Assembly: GCA_965243325.1 (NCBI GenBank)
Contig: CBDEUQ010000003.1
Span: 932,304-996,303 of the forward strand
From: Alphaproteobacteria bacterium
GTDB lineage: Bacteria > Pseudomonadota > Alphaproteobacteria > UBA7887
DNA length: 64,000 nucleotides
Direction of reading: 5' to 3'
The notes below the pieces were generated by a model, which saw nothing but the letters and a program-made list of their open reading frames with translations, had not been told where the DNA came from and ran no database searches. The position numbers were made by a program, and so were the translations under genes. Each line of letters starts with the position of its first letter. Position 1 is the stretch's first letter. Positions 32,896 to 43,327 of this stretch are shown here, piece after piece.

Positions 32896-33600
32896 CTATC
32901 TCCACGCCACTCCCCGTTTATGCACCAGAACCATAGAGAAATATGGCACCTTGGCCGGATCTACGGCATCCAGCGGTATGACGCGCTCGTTCGCGAGCGT
33001 GGCGTGCTCGATGTAGCCCGCGTGCTTCGCGAGACCCAACTCATGGAGTACGCGGCGGAGCCTCGCAAAGTGCCGCCCTACCTTGATCGCCGCGGCGGCG
33101 TCGGCGGAGGCGAACCGGCGTGCCAATTCGTCATCGTTCAAACCCGCGGGGACGACGCTAAGAACGTCGTTGCGCGAAGCCAGAGGGACACCCAGGCGGG
33201 CGGCACAAGCGGTCAGCGACGACACGCCGGGTACCACCTCCACGGGCGCATGGTCGGCGAGGCGCGCGAACAGATACATGAACGAGCCGTAGAAAAACGG
33301 GTCGCCCTCGCAGAGCACCGCCACATCGTCGCCCGCCGCGGCACGCGTGAGAATCGCGGCGGCGGCACGGTCGTAAACCTCATCCGCCGGGAACCGCGCC
33401 GCGGTCATCGGCACGCGGATGGCCATCTCGTCGCCGCCGGCGCAGAGATGGGGCGCCACGATCGCGCGGGTCAGGCTGGCGCCCCGCTCGGGCGCGGGGT
33501 AGACGACGAGCGCCGCAGCGCGCAGCAGGCGCAGCGCCTTGAGAGTGAGCAACTCCGGGTCGCCGGGGCCGACGCCGAGACCGTAGATCGCGCCAGTCAC
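32896..33600 (-). CDS. cobI: precorrin-2 C20-methyltransferase
   Basis: (M)TGAIYGLGVGPGDPELLTLKALRLL. The GTG at 33598-33600 overlaps the cobL stop (GTGA); the ORF-track ATG at 33645 would overlap cobL by 49 nt. Confidence 0.85.
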   Translation of the reverse strand: MTGAIYGLGVGPGDPELLTLKALRLLRAAALVVYPAPERGASLTRAIVAPHLCAGGDEMAIRVPMTAARFPADEVYDRAAAAILTRAAAGDDVAVLCEGDPFFYGSFMYLFARLADHAPVEVVPGVSSLTACAARLGVPLASRNDVLSVVPAGLNDDELARRFASADAAAAIKVGRHFARLRRVLHELGLAKHAGYIEHATLANERVIPLDAVDPAKVPYFSMVLVHKRGVAWR

Positions 33601-34808
33601 AGCTTGGTCTGCGCGAGTTGCGTCACGGGCCTCAGTGCCCGCCACGCGAGACCGCCGCCCAGGGTCTCGGCGCGCGAGACGGCAATGCGTGTGAGCGAGC
33701 CGCCATGACGTGCATGCCGCGCAAAAAGACGCATCTCACCGGCTACGGACACCGCGTTGGCAACCAGTCGGCCGTGCGAGCGCAGTGCTCGCCAACAGGC
33801 GTCCCATACGGCCTCATCGGCGACGCTGCCGCCGATGAAGACAGCGTCGGGCGACTCAAGGGCGGCAAGTGCGGCAGGCGCGTCGCCGGCGACGACCGCG
33901 AGTTGAGGAACGCCGAGCGTAACGGCATTGCGGCGGATGCGCACGCGGCGGTTCGGGTCACGTTCGATGGCGACCGCGCGGCAACGTCGGTGTGTGCGGA
34001 GCCATTCGATCGCGACTGACCCCGCGCCGGCGCCGACATCCCACAGCAGCGCCCCAGGGCCAGGTGCGAGTGCCGCGACGGTGGCGGCTCGCACTTCGCG
34101 CTTGGTTATCTGGCCGTCGTGCTCGTAGGCCTCGTCGGCGAGACCGGGGACGCATGGCAAGCCCGGCGGACCAACGCAGACGATGGCAATCGTGTTGAGA
34201 TCGGCGATGCCGTCCGGGTTACCATCGCCGCGAGCCCACTCGTGCGCGGCACGCTCCCGGCGCCGGCCATGCGACCCGCCCATGCGTTCGAGCACTGTCA
34301 TCCGACTGCTGCCGAAGCCCCGTTCAGTGAGAAACGCGGCAACGGCCGAAGGAGTGGTGTGGTTGTGACTGAGGGCAAGCAGGCGCGCGCCGGGACGAAG
34401 ACACGCGGCGAGCGTTGCCAGTGGTCGGCCGTGCAGCGTGACAGTCTCAACCTCGGTGCGTGGCCAGCCGAGTTCGGCGCACGCCAGCGCAAAGGCGTCC
34501 GGTGCAGGTACGATGACCATCTCGCCGGGCGGCACGCGGCGCGCAAGGGGGACGCCGACGCCGTAATGCATCGGATCGCCGGTGGCGAGAACGCACACGC
34601 GCCGCGGTCGCATGGCGAGCACGAAATCGAGCGCCGGCCCGAGCGGACGCGGCCACGTCAAGCGCTCGCGTCCGTCGTCGGGAACCATCGCCAGGTGGCG
34701 TGCTCCTCCAACCAGCACTTCGGCATTGGCGACGAGATCGCGCGCGTGCCGCCCGAGCCCTTCAGCCCCGTCCTCGCCGATGCCGACGATGGCGAGCCAA
34801 GCGTTCAC
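33597..34808 (-). CDS. cobL: precorrin-6Y C5,15-methyltransferase (decarboxylating), CbiE/CbiT fusion
   Basis: 403 aa. (M)NAWLAIVGIGEDG, then a C-terminal CbiT-like methylase (LWDVGAGAGSVAIE). GTG start overlaps the cobH stop. Confidence 0.9.
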   Translation of the reverse strand: MNAWLAIVGIGEDGAEGLGRHARDLVANAEVLVGGARHLAMVPDDGRERLTWPRPLGPALDFVLAMRPRRVCVLATGDPMHYGVGVPLARRVPPGEMVIVPAPDAFALACAELGWPRTEVETVTLHGRPLATLAACLRPGARLLALSHNHTTPSAVAAFLTERGFGSSRMTVLERMGGSHGRRRERAAHEWARGDGNPDGIADLNTIAIVCVGPPGLPCVPGLADEAYEHDGQITKREVRAATVAALAPGPGALLWDVGAGAGSVAIEWLRTHRRCRAVAIERDPNRRVRIRRNAVTLGVPQLAVVAGDAPAALAALESPDAVFIGGSVADEAVWDACWRALRSHGRLVANAVSVAGEMRLFARHARHGGSLTRIAVSRAETLGGGLAWRALRPVTQLAQTKL

Positions 34809-35398
34809 AGTGCGTTAACCGCTGCGGCGGCAAGTGCGCTGCCACCGCGGCGGCCGCGCAATGTGAGGAACGGCACCGAGAGGTGCGCCTCGCACAATGC
34901 CTGCTTAGCTTCAGCCGCGCCGACAAAGCCAACGGGAAAGGCGAAGATCGCCGCCGGCTTGGGGGCACCTGCGGTGAGGAGTTCCAGCAGTCGAAAAAGC
35001 GCCGTCGGCGCGTTGCCTATGGCGACCACGGCGCCAGCGAGAAATGGGCGCCACAGGTCAACCGCCGCGGCCGAACGTGTTGTCCCGCCACCATCAGACA
35101 CCGCGTTCAACGTGCAGACCACCGCGTTGTCGGCTGGCAGGAGACGTCGGACGATACCGGCTTCGGTCATCCGCCCGTCGACGAGGATCGGCGCGCCGCT
35201 GGCGAGCGCAGCACGCGCTACTGGCGCCACGTCGTCGGAATAGGCGAGGTCGGGCACGATATCGGTCATGCCGCACGCGTGTACGAGGCGAGCGGCGATG
35301 GGCACCAGGCTTTCCGGCAGCAAGTCGAACGCGGCCTCGCCGCGGAGGATCTCGAACGAACGGCGATAGATTTCAGCGGGATCGCGCAACCAGGTCAC
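34805..35398 (-). CDS. cobH: precorrin-8X methylmutase
   Basis: (M)TWLRDPAEIYRRSFEILRGEA... is a CobH-type N-terminus. GTG at 35398 overlaps the cbiX stop (GTGA). Confidence 0.85.
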   Translation of the reverse strand: MTWLRDPAEIYRRSFEILRGEAAFDLLPESLVPIAARLVHACGMTDIVPDLAYSDDVAPVARAALASGAPILVDGRMTEAGIVRRLLPADNAVVCTLNAVSDGGGTTRSAAAVDLWRPFLAGAVVAIGNAPTALFRLLELLTAGAPKPAAIFAFPVGFVGAAEAKQALCEAHLSVPFLTLRGRRGGSALAAAAVNAL

Positions 35399-36390
35399 CG
35401 CGCCATCCGCCGCTCCTTCGCGCCCGCCGGCCCGAGCGGATGGGTGGCGTGCGGGTAGGGATGGTGTGCATGGGTGTGCGCGTGGGCAGGTGCGCCGCCG
35501 GTGCCTATGCCTTCGACGTGGTGGTGGTGGCTCGTCTGCGGCAGGCCCACCTCGTCCTCGAAGCCGGGCATCGGCGCACGGTATTTGCACAATCGACAAT
35601 TCATCGCGTTGCGGCCGTCAACGATCTCTTCCACGCGCTCGATCATGGTATCGACAACCTTCGGATGGTCGTTCAGGTACGGCGCTTTGACGAACTCGAT
35701 GCCGGGGTAGAGGGCGGCGGCGCGGTCGACGGCGGCGTAAATGCGCTTAACCAAGACGCCGGTGAAAAGGAAGTAGGGGAAGACGACGACGCGCGGGTAG
35801 CCGAGGCGCGCGATATGCTCCAGCGCCGGGCCGACGACGGGGAAGGTGACGCCGGAGTATGCCGTCTCACCCCAACCGAGGCCGAGTCCCTCCCAGACCA
35901 GGCGCATGACCTTCGCAACGTTGGCGTTGGCGTCCGGGTCGGAAGCGCCGCGGCCGACGACGACAAGCGCGGTGTCGGAGCGCCTGATCTCATGCCGCCG
36001 CCTCGTCGCCTCGGCTGCAGCGACCGCCTGCTCGATGCGGTCGGCAGCGGCCGCGACCAACTTAAGGTCGATCCCCAGCTCGCGGCTGTAATCGACGCGC
36101 ACGCTCGGGTGTTCGTCCGCCCAGGCGTTAAGCACCGAAGGGATATCGTTTTTCGCGTGCCCGGCAGCGAACAGCATCCCCGGGACCGCGAGAATGCGCT
36201 CAACGCCGGCGTTATGCAGCGCCTCAAGCCCGTCACGGATGATTGGGCGTGCAAATTCGAGGTAACCCGACTCGACGACGCGACCGGGCAGCCGCCGGGC
36301 GACCGCCCGCGCAACCGCGGCGAACTCAGCCACCGCGTCCGCATCGCGGCTGCCGTGGCCGCAAATCATGACTCCCGTCTTGCGGCTCAT
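35395..36390 (-). CDS. cbiX: sirohydrochlorin cobaltochelatase CbiX (long form with His-rich C-terminal tail)
   Basis: From ATG 36390: MSRKTGVMICGHGSRDADAV... with two CbiX domains and the C-terminal HHHHVEGIGTGGAPAHAHTHAHHPYPHATH. Confidence 0.8.
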   Translation of the reverse strand: MSRKTGVMICGHGSRDADAVAEFAAVARAVARRLPGRVVESGYLEFARPIIRDGLEALHNAGVERILAVPGMLFAAGHAKNDIPSVLNAWADEHPSVRVDYSRELGIDLKLVAAAADRIEQAVAAAEATRRRHEIRRSDTALVVVGRGASDPDANANVAKVMRLVWEGLGLGWGETAYSGVTFPVVGPALEHIARLGYPRVVVFPYFLFTGVLVKRIYAAVDRAAALYPGIEFVKAPYLNDHPKVVDTMIERVEEIVDGRNAMNCRLCKYRAPMPGFEDEVGLPQTSHHHHVEGIGTGGAPAHAHTHAHHPYPHATHPLGPAGAKERRMAR

Positions 36391-36444
36391 TGCCCCGCTC
36401 CACCCGGTTTGACGTCTTCCGGCACGTGCGCGCATGGTCGACGC

Positions 36445-37899
36445 ATGGCGCCGCCCACGATCTTGCTCGCCTTCCTGATCGACACCGCTGTCGGCGATCC
36501 GCCCCGTCTGTACCGCGCTGTCCCGCACCCGGTGGCTGCTTTCGGGCGCGTCGCCGGCGCGCTTGAGGCAAGGTTGAACTGTGGCGGCCGGAGGGCGCTG
36601 CGCGGGGCGGGGCTGGCCGCCGGTCTCGTCCTGGCGGCGGCGGTGGCCGGCTGGCTCATGGCTCGCGGTACCCATGCGCTTCCGTGGGGATGGCTCGTCG
36701 AAGCCGCCGCAGCCAGCACACTGATCGCATGGCGTGGCCTGCATGATGAGGTCCTCGCCACCGCGCGTGCGCTCGACTCGGGCGTCGAAGCTGCGCGCGC
36801 GCGTGTTCGGCGTATCGTCGGCCGGGATCCCGAGAGCCTTGACGCTGGCGCCGTGGCTCGCGCAGCTATCGAATCCGCGGGTGAAAACCTGAGTGACGGA
36901 GTCGTCGCGCCGCTATTCTGGTACGCGCTCCTGGGTCTGCCTGGGCTCGCGGCATATAAGGCTGTCAACACGCTCGACAGCATGTTCGGCCATCGAACGC
37001 CTCGGTACGCGGCGTTCGGCCAGTTTGCGGCGCGCTTCGACGACGTCGCAAACTGGTTGCCGGCGCGCCTGACGGGCGCGTTGCTGTGCATGGTGTCGTG
37101 GCGCCGCGCCGCGTGGCGCGTCATGCGGCGTGACGCGGCCAAGCACCGTTCTCCGAACGCGGGTTGGCCGGAAGCAGCGCTAGCCGGCGCGCTTGGCCTC
37201 GCGCTGGCCGGGCCACGCAGATACGGCGGCGTCGTCTCGGACGACCCGTGGCTCGGAGATGGCCGCCGTGTCGCGACAGGTGCGGATGTCCGCGCCGCCG
37301 CCGCCTTGCTGCGTCGCGCCGCCGCCGTGCTCGCTGCCACGCTGGCCGGTCTATGGGCGAGCATGGGCGGTTTCAATCAGACGGTCGACGGCGAGATGGG
37401 CCTCAAGGTGGTCGGCGAGCGCGTCGAGTGTGTCTTCGATTTCCGTCTCGTAGGCGACGCCGCTGGGTGCGCGCCGGCGCAAACGATCGAGAAAGGCGTG
37501 GCGGAAGCCATCGGCGGCAAACAGGCCGTGCAGGTAGCAGCCCTGTACCAGACCATCGCGCGACACAATGCCATCGTGGCCGTCCGCGAGGTCGAGCATC
37601 GGCACGGCTCCGCCTGCATTTGTATCGACCGCTGTCACGCCCGCGTGCATGCGGTAGCCGCGCACCTCCTCGCCCGTCGTGCGGTCTCGGCCAACAGCTG
37701 CCCGCAGGGTCTTCCCGCCGGCGAGGCGGGTCTCGCAGGGCAACAATCCGAGCCCGTCGGCGCGTCCAGGCGCCCCTTCGATGCCGTCTGGATCCGCGAC
37801 AGTGCGGCCGAGCATCTGATAGCCGCCGCACAGGCCGAGGACGGCACCGCCACGGCGAACATGCGCCCGAATATCGATGTCCCAGCCATTCGCTCGTAG
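36445..37899 (+). CDS. cobD: adenosylcobinamide-phosphate synthase CobD/CbiB (ORF as read; expected functional end near 37.35-37.45 kb)
   Basis: [34 protein letters not shown]... is a CbiB membrane protein for ~310 aa. The frame then has no stop until 37899, running antisense through the 3' 550 nt of cobQ. Confidence 0.7.
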   Translation: MAPPTILLAFLIDTAVGDPPRLYRAVPHPVAAFGRVAGALEARLNCGGRRALRGAGLAAGLVLAAAVAGWLMARGTHALPWGWLVEAAAASTLIAWRGLHDEVLATARALDSGVEAARARVRRIVGRDPESLDAGAVARAAIESAGENLSDGVVAPLFWYALLGLPGLAAYKAVNTLDSMFGHRTPRYAAFGQFAARFDDVANWLPARLTGALLCMVSWRRAAWRVMRRDAAKHRSPNAGWPEAALAGALGLALAGPRRYGGVVSDDPWLGDGRRVATGADVRAAAALLRRAAAVLAATLAGLWASMGGFNQTVDGEMGLKVVGERVECVFDFRLVGDAAGCAPAQTIEKGVAEAIGGKQAVQVAALYQTIARHNAIVAVREVEHRHGSACICIDRCHARVHAVAAHLLARRAVSANSCPQGLPAGEAGLAGQQSEPVGASRRPFDAVWIRDSAAEHLIAAAQAEDGTATANMRPNIDVPAIRS

Positions 37900-38826
37900 C
37901 GCCGCGAGGTCGGCAAGGGTCGACTTTGAGCCCGGCAGCAGAACAAGGTCGGCGTCGCCCGGCAGCGCGGCGCCGGCCCGGCGCATGTCCAGTGACACGT
38001 CCGGCTCGGCAATCAGCGGGTCCAGGTCGTCGAAATTCGCGATGCGGGGCAACACCGGTACGGCAATACGGATCGCCGCGCCAGTGCGCGCTCGGCATCG
38101 AGCGACCGCCATAGCGTCCTCCGCCGGCAGGCGCCCCGCGGCCTCGAACCACGGCACCACCCCGAAGTTCGCGAGCCCGGTGTGCGCCGAGATCGCCGCG
38201 AGGCCGCTGTCGAATAACGCGGCATCGCCGCGGAACTTATTGACGATCGTGCCGGCGAGTCGCGCCCGGTCGGCAGAATCAAGCAGGGTCCAGGTGCCAA
38301 CGAATTGGGCGATCACGCCGCCCCGGTCGATGTCGCCGACCAGTGCCACCGGAAGTCCGGCGGCGCGAGCGAACCCCATGTTGGCGACATCGCCTGCGCG
38401 CAGATTGACCTCGGCCGGACTTCCCGCACCTTCAACGAACACGAGATCGGCCTCGTCGGCGAGCCGCGCGAAGCTGTCCAGCACCGTGTCGAGCAGGCCG
38501 GGTTTCATCGCCTGATAGTCACGTGCGCGGGCATTGCCGCGCACCGTGCCGCATACCACAACCTGTGCGCCGACCTCCGATTGCGGCTTGAGCAGGATCG
38601 GATTCATGTCGCGCCGTGGCGCCACACCGCAGGCCCGCGCCTGCAGTGCCTGAGCGCGCCCGATCTCGCCGCCGTCCGCAGTCACTGCGGCGTTGTTCGA
38701 CATGTTCTGCGGCTTGAACGGGCGGGTGCGCAGGCCTCGCCGCGTGGCCGCGCGACAAAGGCCGGCGACCAGCAGCGACTTGCCGACGTCCGAGCCGGTG
38801 CCTTGCAGCATGATCGCCGCAGTCAA
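37351..38826 (-). CDS. cobQ: cobyric acid synthase
   Basis: (M)[16 protein letters not shown] and a C-terminal glutamine amidotransferase domain. TTG start overlaps the cobO stop. Confidence 0.95.
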   Translation of the reverse strand: MTAAIMLQGTGSDVGKSLLVAGLCRAATRRGLRTRPFKPQNMSNNAAVTADGGEIGRAQALQARACGVAPRRDMNPILLKPQSEVGAQVVVCGTVRGNARARDYQAMKPGLLDTVLDSFARLADEADLVFVEGAGSPAEVNLRAGDVANMGFARAAGLPVALVGDIDRGGVIAQFVGTWTLLDSADRARLAGTIVNKFRGDAALFDSGLAAISAHTGLANFGVVPWFEAAGRLPAEDAMAVARCRARTGAAIRIAVPVLPRIANFDDLDPLIAEPDVSLDMRRAGAALPGDADLVLLPGSKSTLADLAALRANGWDIDIRAHVRRGGAVLGLCGGYQMLGRTVADPDGIEGAPGRADGLGLLPCETRLAGGKTLRAAVGRDRTTGEEVRGYRMHAGVTAVDTNAGGAVPMLDLADGHDGIVSRDGLVQGCYLHGLFAADGFRHAFLDRLRRRAPSGVAYETEIEDTLDALADHLEAHLAVDRLIETAHARP

Positions 38827-39461
38827 AACTCAATGCCCTTCTGCGCCTTCACGCCGGCACGGAAGGGGTGCTTGACCATCGTCATCTCGGTCACCAGGTC
38901 GGCAGCCTCGATTAGGGCGTCCCGGGCATTGCGGCCCGTGGCCACCACGTGCAGGCCGGGCGGCCGGGCTGCCAGCGTGGCAACAACCTCGTCCAGCGGC
39001 AGATAGTCGTAGCGCAGGACGATGTTGAGTTCGTCGAGGATCACCATGTGCCATGCCGGTTCGGGACACGCGGAGGCGGCGATCATTTCCCCCGCCACCG
39101 CCCACGCGGCGCGGGCGGCGCGGATGTCGCGTGCTCGGTCCTGCGTCTCCCACGTGAATCCCTCGCCCATGGTACGGATCGTTACTTGGTCGGGAAAGCG
39201 CTCGAGGACCGCGCGCTCGCCGGTTTGCCACTTGCCCTTGACGAACTGCACGATTCCGACGCGCATTCCGTTGCCGATCGCGCGCATGGCGAGGCCGAAT
39301 GCCGCGGTCGATTTGCCCTTGCCCTTGCCGGTATGGACGATTAGCAGGCCCTTCTCGATGGTCTTGGTGGCGAGCATGCGCTGGCGCGCCGCCTTCTTGC
39401 GACGCGCCTTTTCGTTGGCCCGTGCGTTGAACGCCTCCTCGTCGACCCTCTCGCCGCTCAT
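38823..39461 (-). CDS. cobO: cob(I)yrinic acid a,c-diamide adenosyltransferase
   Basis: From ATG 39461: [11 protein letters not shown]...[13 protein letters not shown]-loop. Strong RBS GGAGGGAGGG. ATGA overlap with the cobN stop. Confidence 0.9.
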   Translation of the reverse strand: MSGERVDEEAFNARANEKARRKKAARQRMLATKTIEKGLLIVHTGKGKGKSTAAFGLAMRAIGNGMRVGIVQFVKGKWQTGERAVLERFPDQVTIRTMGEGFTWETQDRARDIRAARAAWAVAGEMIAASACPEPAWHMVILDELNIVLRYDYLPLDEVVATLAARPPGLHVVATGRNARDALIEAADLVTEMTMVKHPFRAGVKAQKGIEF

Positions 39462-42400
39462 TTCCCTCCCTCCGCCATCGTCTTGAGCCGCCCACGCGCG
39501 CTGTTGAGGTGCGGCTGCCAAAGGCCCCGCTCCTGCGCTTCGAGCAGACGCGCCGCCAATTCCTGCACCGCGTGCGGATTGGAGCGGTACATGAACGCGC
39601 GCACCGCCTCATCGTCGACGAACGCCGCATACACCGCGTCGAAATGATGGTCGGACACACAACGCGCGGTAGCGGCGAAGGCGAACAGGTAGTCGACTGT
39701 GGCGGCGATCTCGAACGCCCCCTTATAGCCGTGGCGCATGACTCCCGCGATCCATTTCGGATTGACGACGCGCGCCCGCACCACGCGACCGATCTCCTCC
39801 TCAAGGCTCCGAATGCGCGGCCGTTCGGGGCGCGAGTGGTCGTTGTGGTAGACGGTCGGGGCGCGGCCGCCGAAGTGACGTACGGCGGCGGCGAGCCCTC
39901 CCTCGAACTGGTAATAGTCGTCGGAATCAAGCAGGTCGTGCTCGCGATTGTCCTGATTCTGCACGACCCCGTCGACGGCGCCGAGACGTGCCTCGAACAG
40001 CCCGTGTGCGGCAACACCGCGGATTCCTGCCCCGTAGGCGTAGCCGCCCCACGCAAGATAGGCACGGGCGAGGTCGGCGTCGGTTTCCCAGCCCTTCTCG
40101 TCAATGAGCGCTTGCAATCCCGCGCCGTAGGCACCGGGTTTCGAGCCGAATACGCGCCAGGTAGCGCGCCGCGCCGCTGCCTCCATGTCTGTCGCGCCGG
40201 CAATTTCCGCACGCACGCGCGCCGCGAGCGGATTGCCCGCGGCGGCCTCGTCGAGCGCGGCGACCGCACGCACCGCCGAGTCGAGCAGGTCGATCTGTGC
40301 CGGGAAGGCATCGCGGAAGAAGCCGGATACGCGGAACACCACATCGATTCGCGGCCGGTCGAGCACGTCCAGCGGCACGATTTCGAAGCCGGTCACGCGC
40401 CGTGAAGCGGTTTCCCACGTCGGCCGAACACCGAGCAAGGCCAGCGCCTGAGCTATGTCGTCGCCGCCCGTTCGCATGTTCGCGGTGCCCCAGGCGCTGA
40501 TCGCCAGCGTTGTCGGCCAGCAGCCATGCTCCTGACGGTAGCGCGCGAGCAGCAGGTCTGCCGACTGCCAACCGAGCCGCCACGCCGCTGGGGTCGGCAC
40601 CGTGCGTGTGTCCACCGAGTAAAAGTTGCGTCCGGTGGGCAACACGTCCGGGCGTCCCCGCGTCGGTGCCCCCGAAGGGCCGGGCGATACGAAGCGGCCG
40701 TCGAGGCCGTCAAGAAGGCCGGCTATTTCCGCCCCGCCACAGGCATCCAGCGCCGGGGCGAGGCAGGCCTCGATATCTTCCAGCACCGCTGCCGACGCTG
40801 CGCCAGGTGCCGCCGTGCGACCTTCGATCAGCCCTGACGCCAGTCGCTCGATGCGCTCCACCGTGTCGCCGTTGCTGCGCCATGCGTCGCTCCCCTCGGC
40901 CGCGAGCGCTGCCGGTTTCGGTCCCTGCCATGGCGCTGCCATCTCGCAGTCGAGCGGGTCGAACCCTTCGAGTCCAAGGTCGGCGGCGAGCGCCCGCGGC
41001 AGGGACTCGCCACGGCCGCGCGGAAGGCGCACGAGCGCTGCCAGCAGATCGGTGCGCTGTTTACCTTCGGGCGAGACTCCGAAGACATGCAGACCGTCGC
41101 GAATCTGCATTTCCTTGAGCTCGCAGAGGTGGTTGTCGAGCTTGGCGAGGGCGTCGTCGGCACAATCTCGCTCGGCGATGCCGCAGTCGCGGTCAAGACC
41201 GGTGTTCCGCGCGAGGTCGAGTATCTCGCCGCGCAACAACGCGAGACGACGGGAATCGACGCCGGCCGCCTCGTAGTACTCGTCCACAAGCCGTTCGAGC
41301 TCGGCGAGCGGGCCATAGCTTTCCGCACGCGTCATGGGCGGAGTCAGGTGATCGACGATCACCGCGGCGGCGCGCCGCTTGGCCTGGGTTCCCTCGCCGG
41401 GGTCGTTGACGATGAAGGGGTAGAGGTGCGGCATGGCGCCGAACGCGGCTTCGGGGAAGCAGTCCTCCGACAGCGCGATGGACTTGCCGGGCAGCCATTC
41501 GAGGTTGCCGTGCTTGCCGAAGTGAACGACGGCGTGCGCGTCGAACGCCTCGCGCATCCACGCGTAGAAGGCGAGATAGCCGTGTGGCGGCACGAGATCG
41601 GGATCGTGGTACGTCGCGGCCGGATCAATGCCGTAGCCGCGTGCGGGCTGCACTGCCAATACGGCGTTGCCGAAGCGCAGCACCGGCAGACGGAACTCAC
41701 CGCCGCTGACCAGTGGGTCGTCTTCCGGGGCACCCCAGCGCGCGGCGACAAGATGCTGCACCGCCTGCGGCAGCCGGTCGAAGGCGCGCCGATAGCGCGC
41801 GAGCGGCCAGCGCGCCGCGTCGCGGCCGGAGATGGCACGGCGCATCAGCTCGTCGCCGTTCTTCGGCAGGTCGGTGACCACGTAGTCCGCCGCGGCGAGG
41901 GCGTGTAACGCCCGCAGGACGCCGGCCGGCGTATCAAGGCCAACGCCGTTGCCGACGCGGCCGTCGCGTGCAGGATAGTTGGCGAGAACGAACGCGATCC
42001 GTCGGCCGGTGGGCGGGGTACGGCGCAGCCGTACCCACGCCGCGGCGAGGGCGGCAGCGAAATCCATCCGGTTTGCCACCGGTGCCGTGCCGACGATGGA
42101 GCACTGCGCGCGCGCGTCCCACGCCGCCTCCGCCTTGAACGCCACGGCGCGGACGAGAATCCGCCCGTCGACTTCGGGCAGCGCCACGTTCATGGCGATG
42201 TCGCGCGCCGAAAGGCCGTGTGTACCCTCACGCCACGCGCGTTCGGTGCCGCCGGCGAAGACGACCTGCAGCACCGGTGCGTCGCCGCCGTCGAGAGGCG
42301 ACCGGGTGCGTGCTTCGCCAGGGCGCGAGACGGCAAACCCCGTCGCGTTGAGGACGACGTCGGGCGGTGTTTCGGAGAGCAGCGCGGTGAGCGTGCCGGC

Positions 42401-43114
42401 GGCAACCGGATCCTTGAGACTCGAGACGTATACGGGCAGCGTCTCAATGCCGCATTTGCCGAGCGCCGCGACCAGCGCATCGACGGGCGCGAGATGACCG
42501 GCCTGATAGAGCGCGCGGTAGAACACCAGCGCTGCCGTCGGTCCTCCTGACGGCAGCGCCGTGCCTGGCGCCGCCGCGTCTCGTCGGTAGACACCGGCGC
42601 GCAGCACCGGCACTGGCTCCGCCCACTCCGCCGCCTCTCCGATGAGGTGCGCGGCGTAGCGCAGGAAGTTGTGATAGTTGGCGCTGCCGCCGTGCACGCA
42701 GTAGAGCCACAGGCGCTGCGACGCGGCGGCCGACAGCGTGCACAGCCGCGCAAGTTCGGCGTCGGGCTGATCGTCGCCCGGCAGGACGGCGAGGGCGATT
42801 CCGTTGTCGCGGCAGCATTCGGCAACACGCTCGACTCCGTACCGCCAGTAGGCCACGCCTCCAAGCAGCCGCACGACGACGAGGCGTGCGTTGGCGACCA
42901 CGGACTCAACGTAGACGTCGACCGAGAGATTGTGGCCGAGCCGTAGCAGATTGGCGAGCCGGAGCTCCGGCGCACCGTCCTCGTTCGCTGCGGACAGCGC
43001 CGCAAGCTCGGTGTCTGCAGCGCTCAGCACTGCGATGTCGCCAGGTGTCTGGCCGAGATCGACCGCTTCGGAGCCGTCGAGGACCGTCCCCGGTGCCGCA
43101 GCGAGCAAATGCAC
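39458..43114 (-). CDS. cobN: cobaltochelatase subunit CobN
   Basis: 1218 aa. GTG start (V/M-HLLAAAPGTVLDG...DLGQTPGDIAVLS) with an in-frame TGA 8 codons upstream. Confidence 0.95.
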   Translation of the reverse strand: MHLLAAAPGTVLDGSEAVDLGQTPGDIAVLSAADTELAALSAANEDGAPELRLANLLRLGHNLSVDVYVESVVANARLVVVRLLGGVAYWRYGVERVAECCRDNGIALAVLPGDDQPDAELARLCTLSAAASQRLWLYCVHGGSANYHNFLRYAAHLIGEAAEWAEPVPVLRAGVYRRDAAAPGTALPSGGPTAALVFYRALYQAGHLAPVDALVAALGKCGIETLPVYVSSLKDPVAAGTLTALLSETPPDVVLNATGFAVSRPGEARTRSPLDGGDAPVLQVVFAGGTERAWREGTHGLSARDIAMNVALPEVDGRILVRAVAFKAEAAWDARAQCSIVGTAPVANRMDFAAALAAAWVRLRRTPPTGRRIAFVLANYPARDGRVGNGVGLDTPAGVLRALHALAAADYVVTDLPKNGDELMRRAISGRDAARWPLARYRRAFDRLPQAVQHLVAARWGAPEDDPLVSGGEFRLPVLRFGNAVLAVQPARGYGIDPAATYHDPDLVPPHGYLAFYAWMREAFDAHAVVHFGKHGNLEWLPGKSIALSEDCFPEAAFGAMPHLYPFIVNDPGEGTQAKRRAAAVIVDHLTPPMTRAESYGPLAELERLVDEYYEAAGVDSRRLALLRGEILDLARNTGLDRDCGIAERDCADDALAKLDNHLCELKEMQIRDGLHVFGVSPEGKQRTDLLAALVRLPRGRGESLPRALAADLGLEGFDPLDCEMAAPWQGPKPAALAAEGSDAWRSNGDTVERIERLASGLIEGRTAAPGAASAAVLEDIEACLAPALDACGGAEIAGLLDGLDGRFVSPGPSGAPTRGRPDVLPTGRNFYSVDTRTVPTPAAWRLGWQSADLLLARYRQEHGCWPTTLAISAWGTANMRTGGDDIAQALALLGVRPTWETASRRVTGFEIVPLDVLDRPRIDVVFRVSGFFRDAFPAQIDLLDSAVRAVAALDEAAAGNPLAARVRAEIAGATDMEAAARRATWRVFGSKPGAYGAGLQALIDEKGWETDADLARAYLAWGGYAYGAGIRGVAAHGLFEARLGAVDGVVQNQDNREHDLLDSDDYYQFEGGLAAAVRHFGGRAPTVYHNDHSRPERPRIRSLEEEIGRVVRARVVNPKWIAGVMRHGYKGAFEIAATVDYLFAFAATARCVSDHHFDAVYAAFVDDEAVRAFMYRSNPHAVQELAARLLEAQERGLWQPHLNSARGRLKTMAEGGK

Positions 43115-43327
43115 GATCAGACAGCCGCAGAAGGGTCAGTCGCCACAACCGCTGGCCAGCCCTGAGGCGAAGCGCGACGGATGCCAAGCGAGTGCGAGTC
43201 TTTCTGGTTCAGCCATCTCGGCGCCTTCGGGCAACATCGCGCACTATCGCTCGTTTGAGGGCCCAAGGCCCGGCATGCGGTTCGTCTGCGCAGCGGGTTG
43301 TGCAGGCACCGGCAGCGTCGCCCGCTC

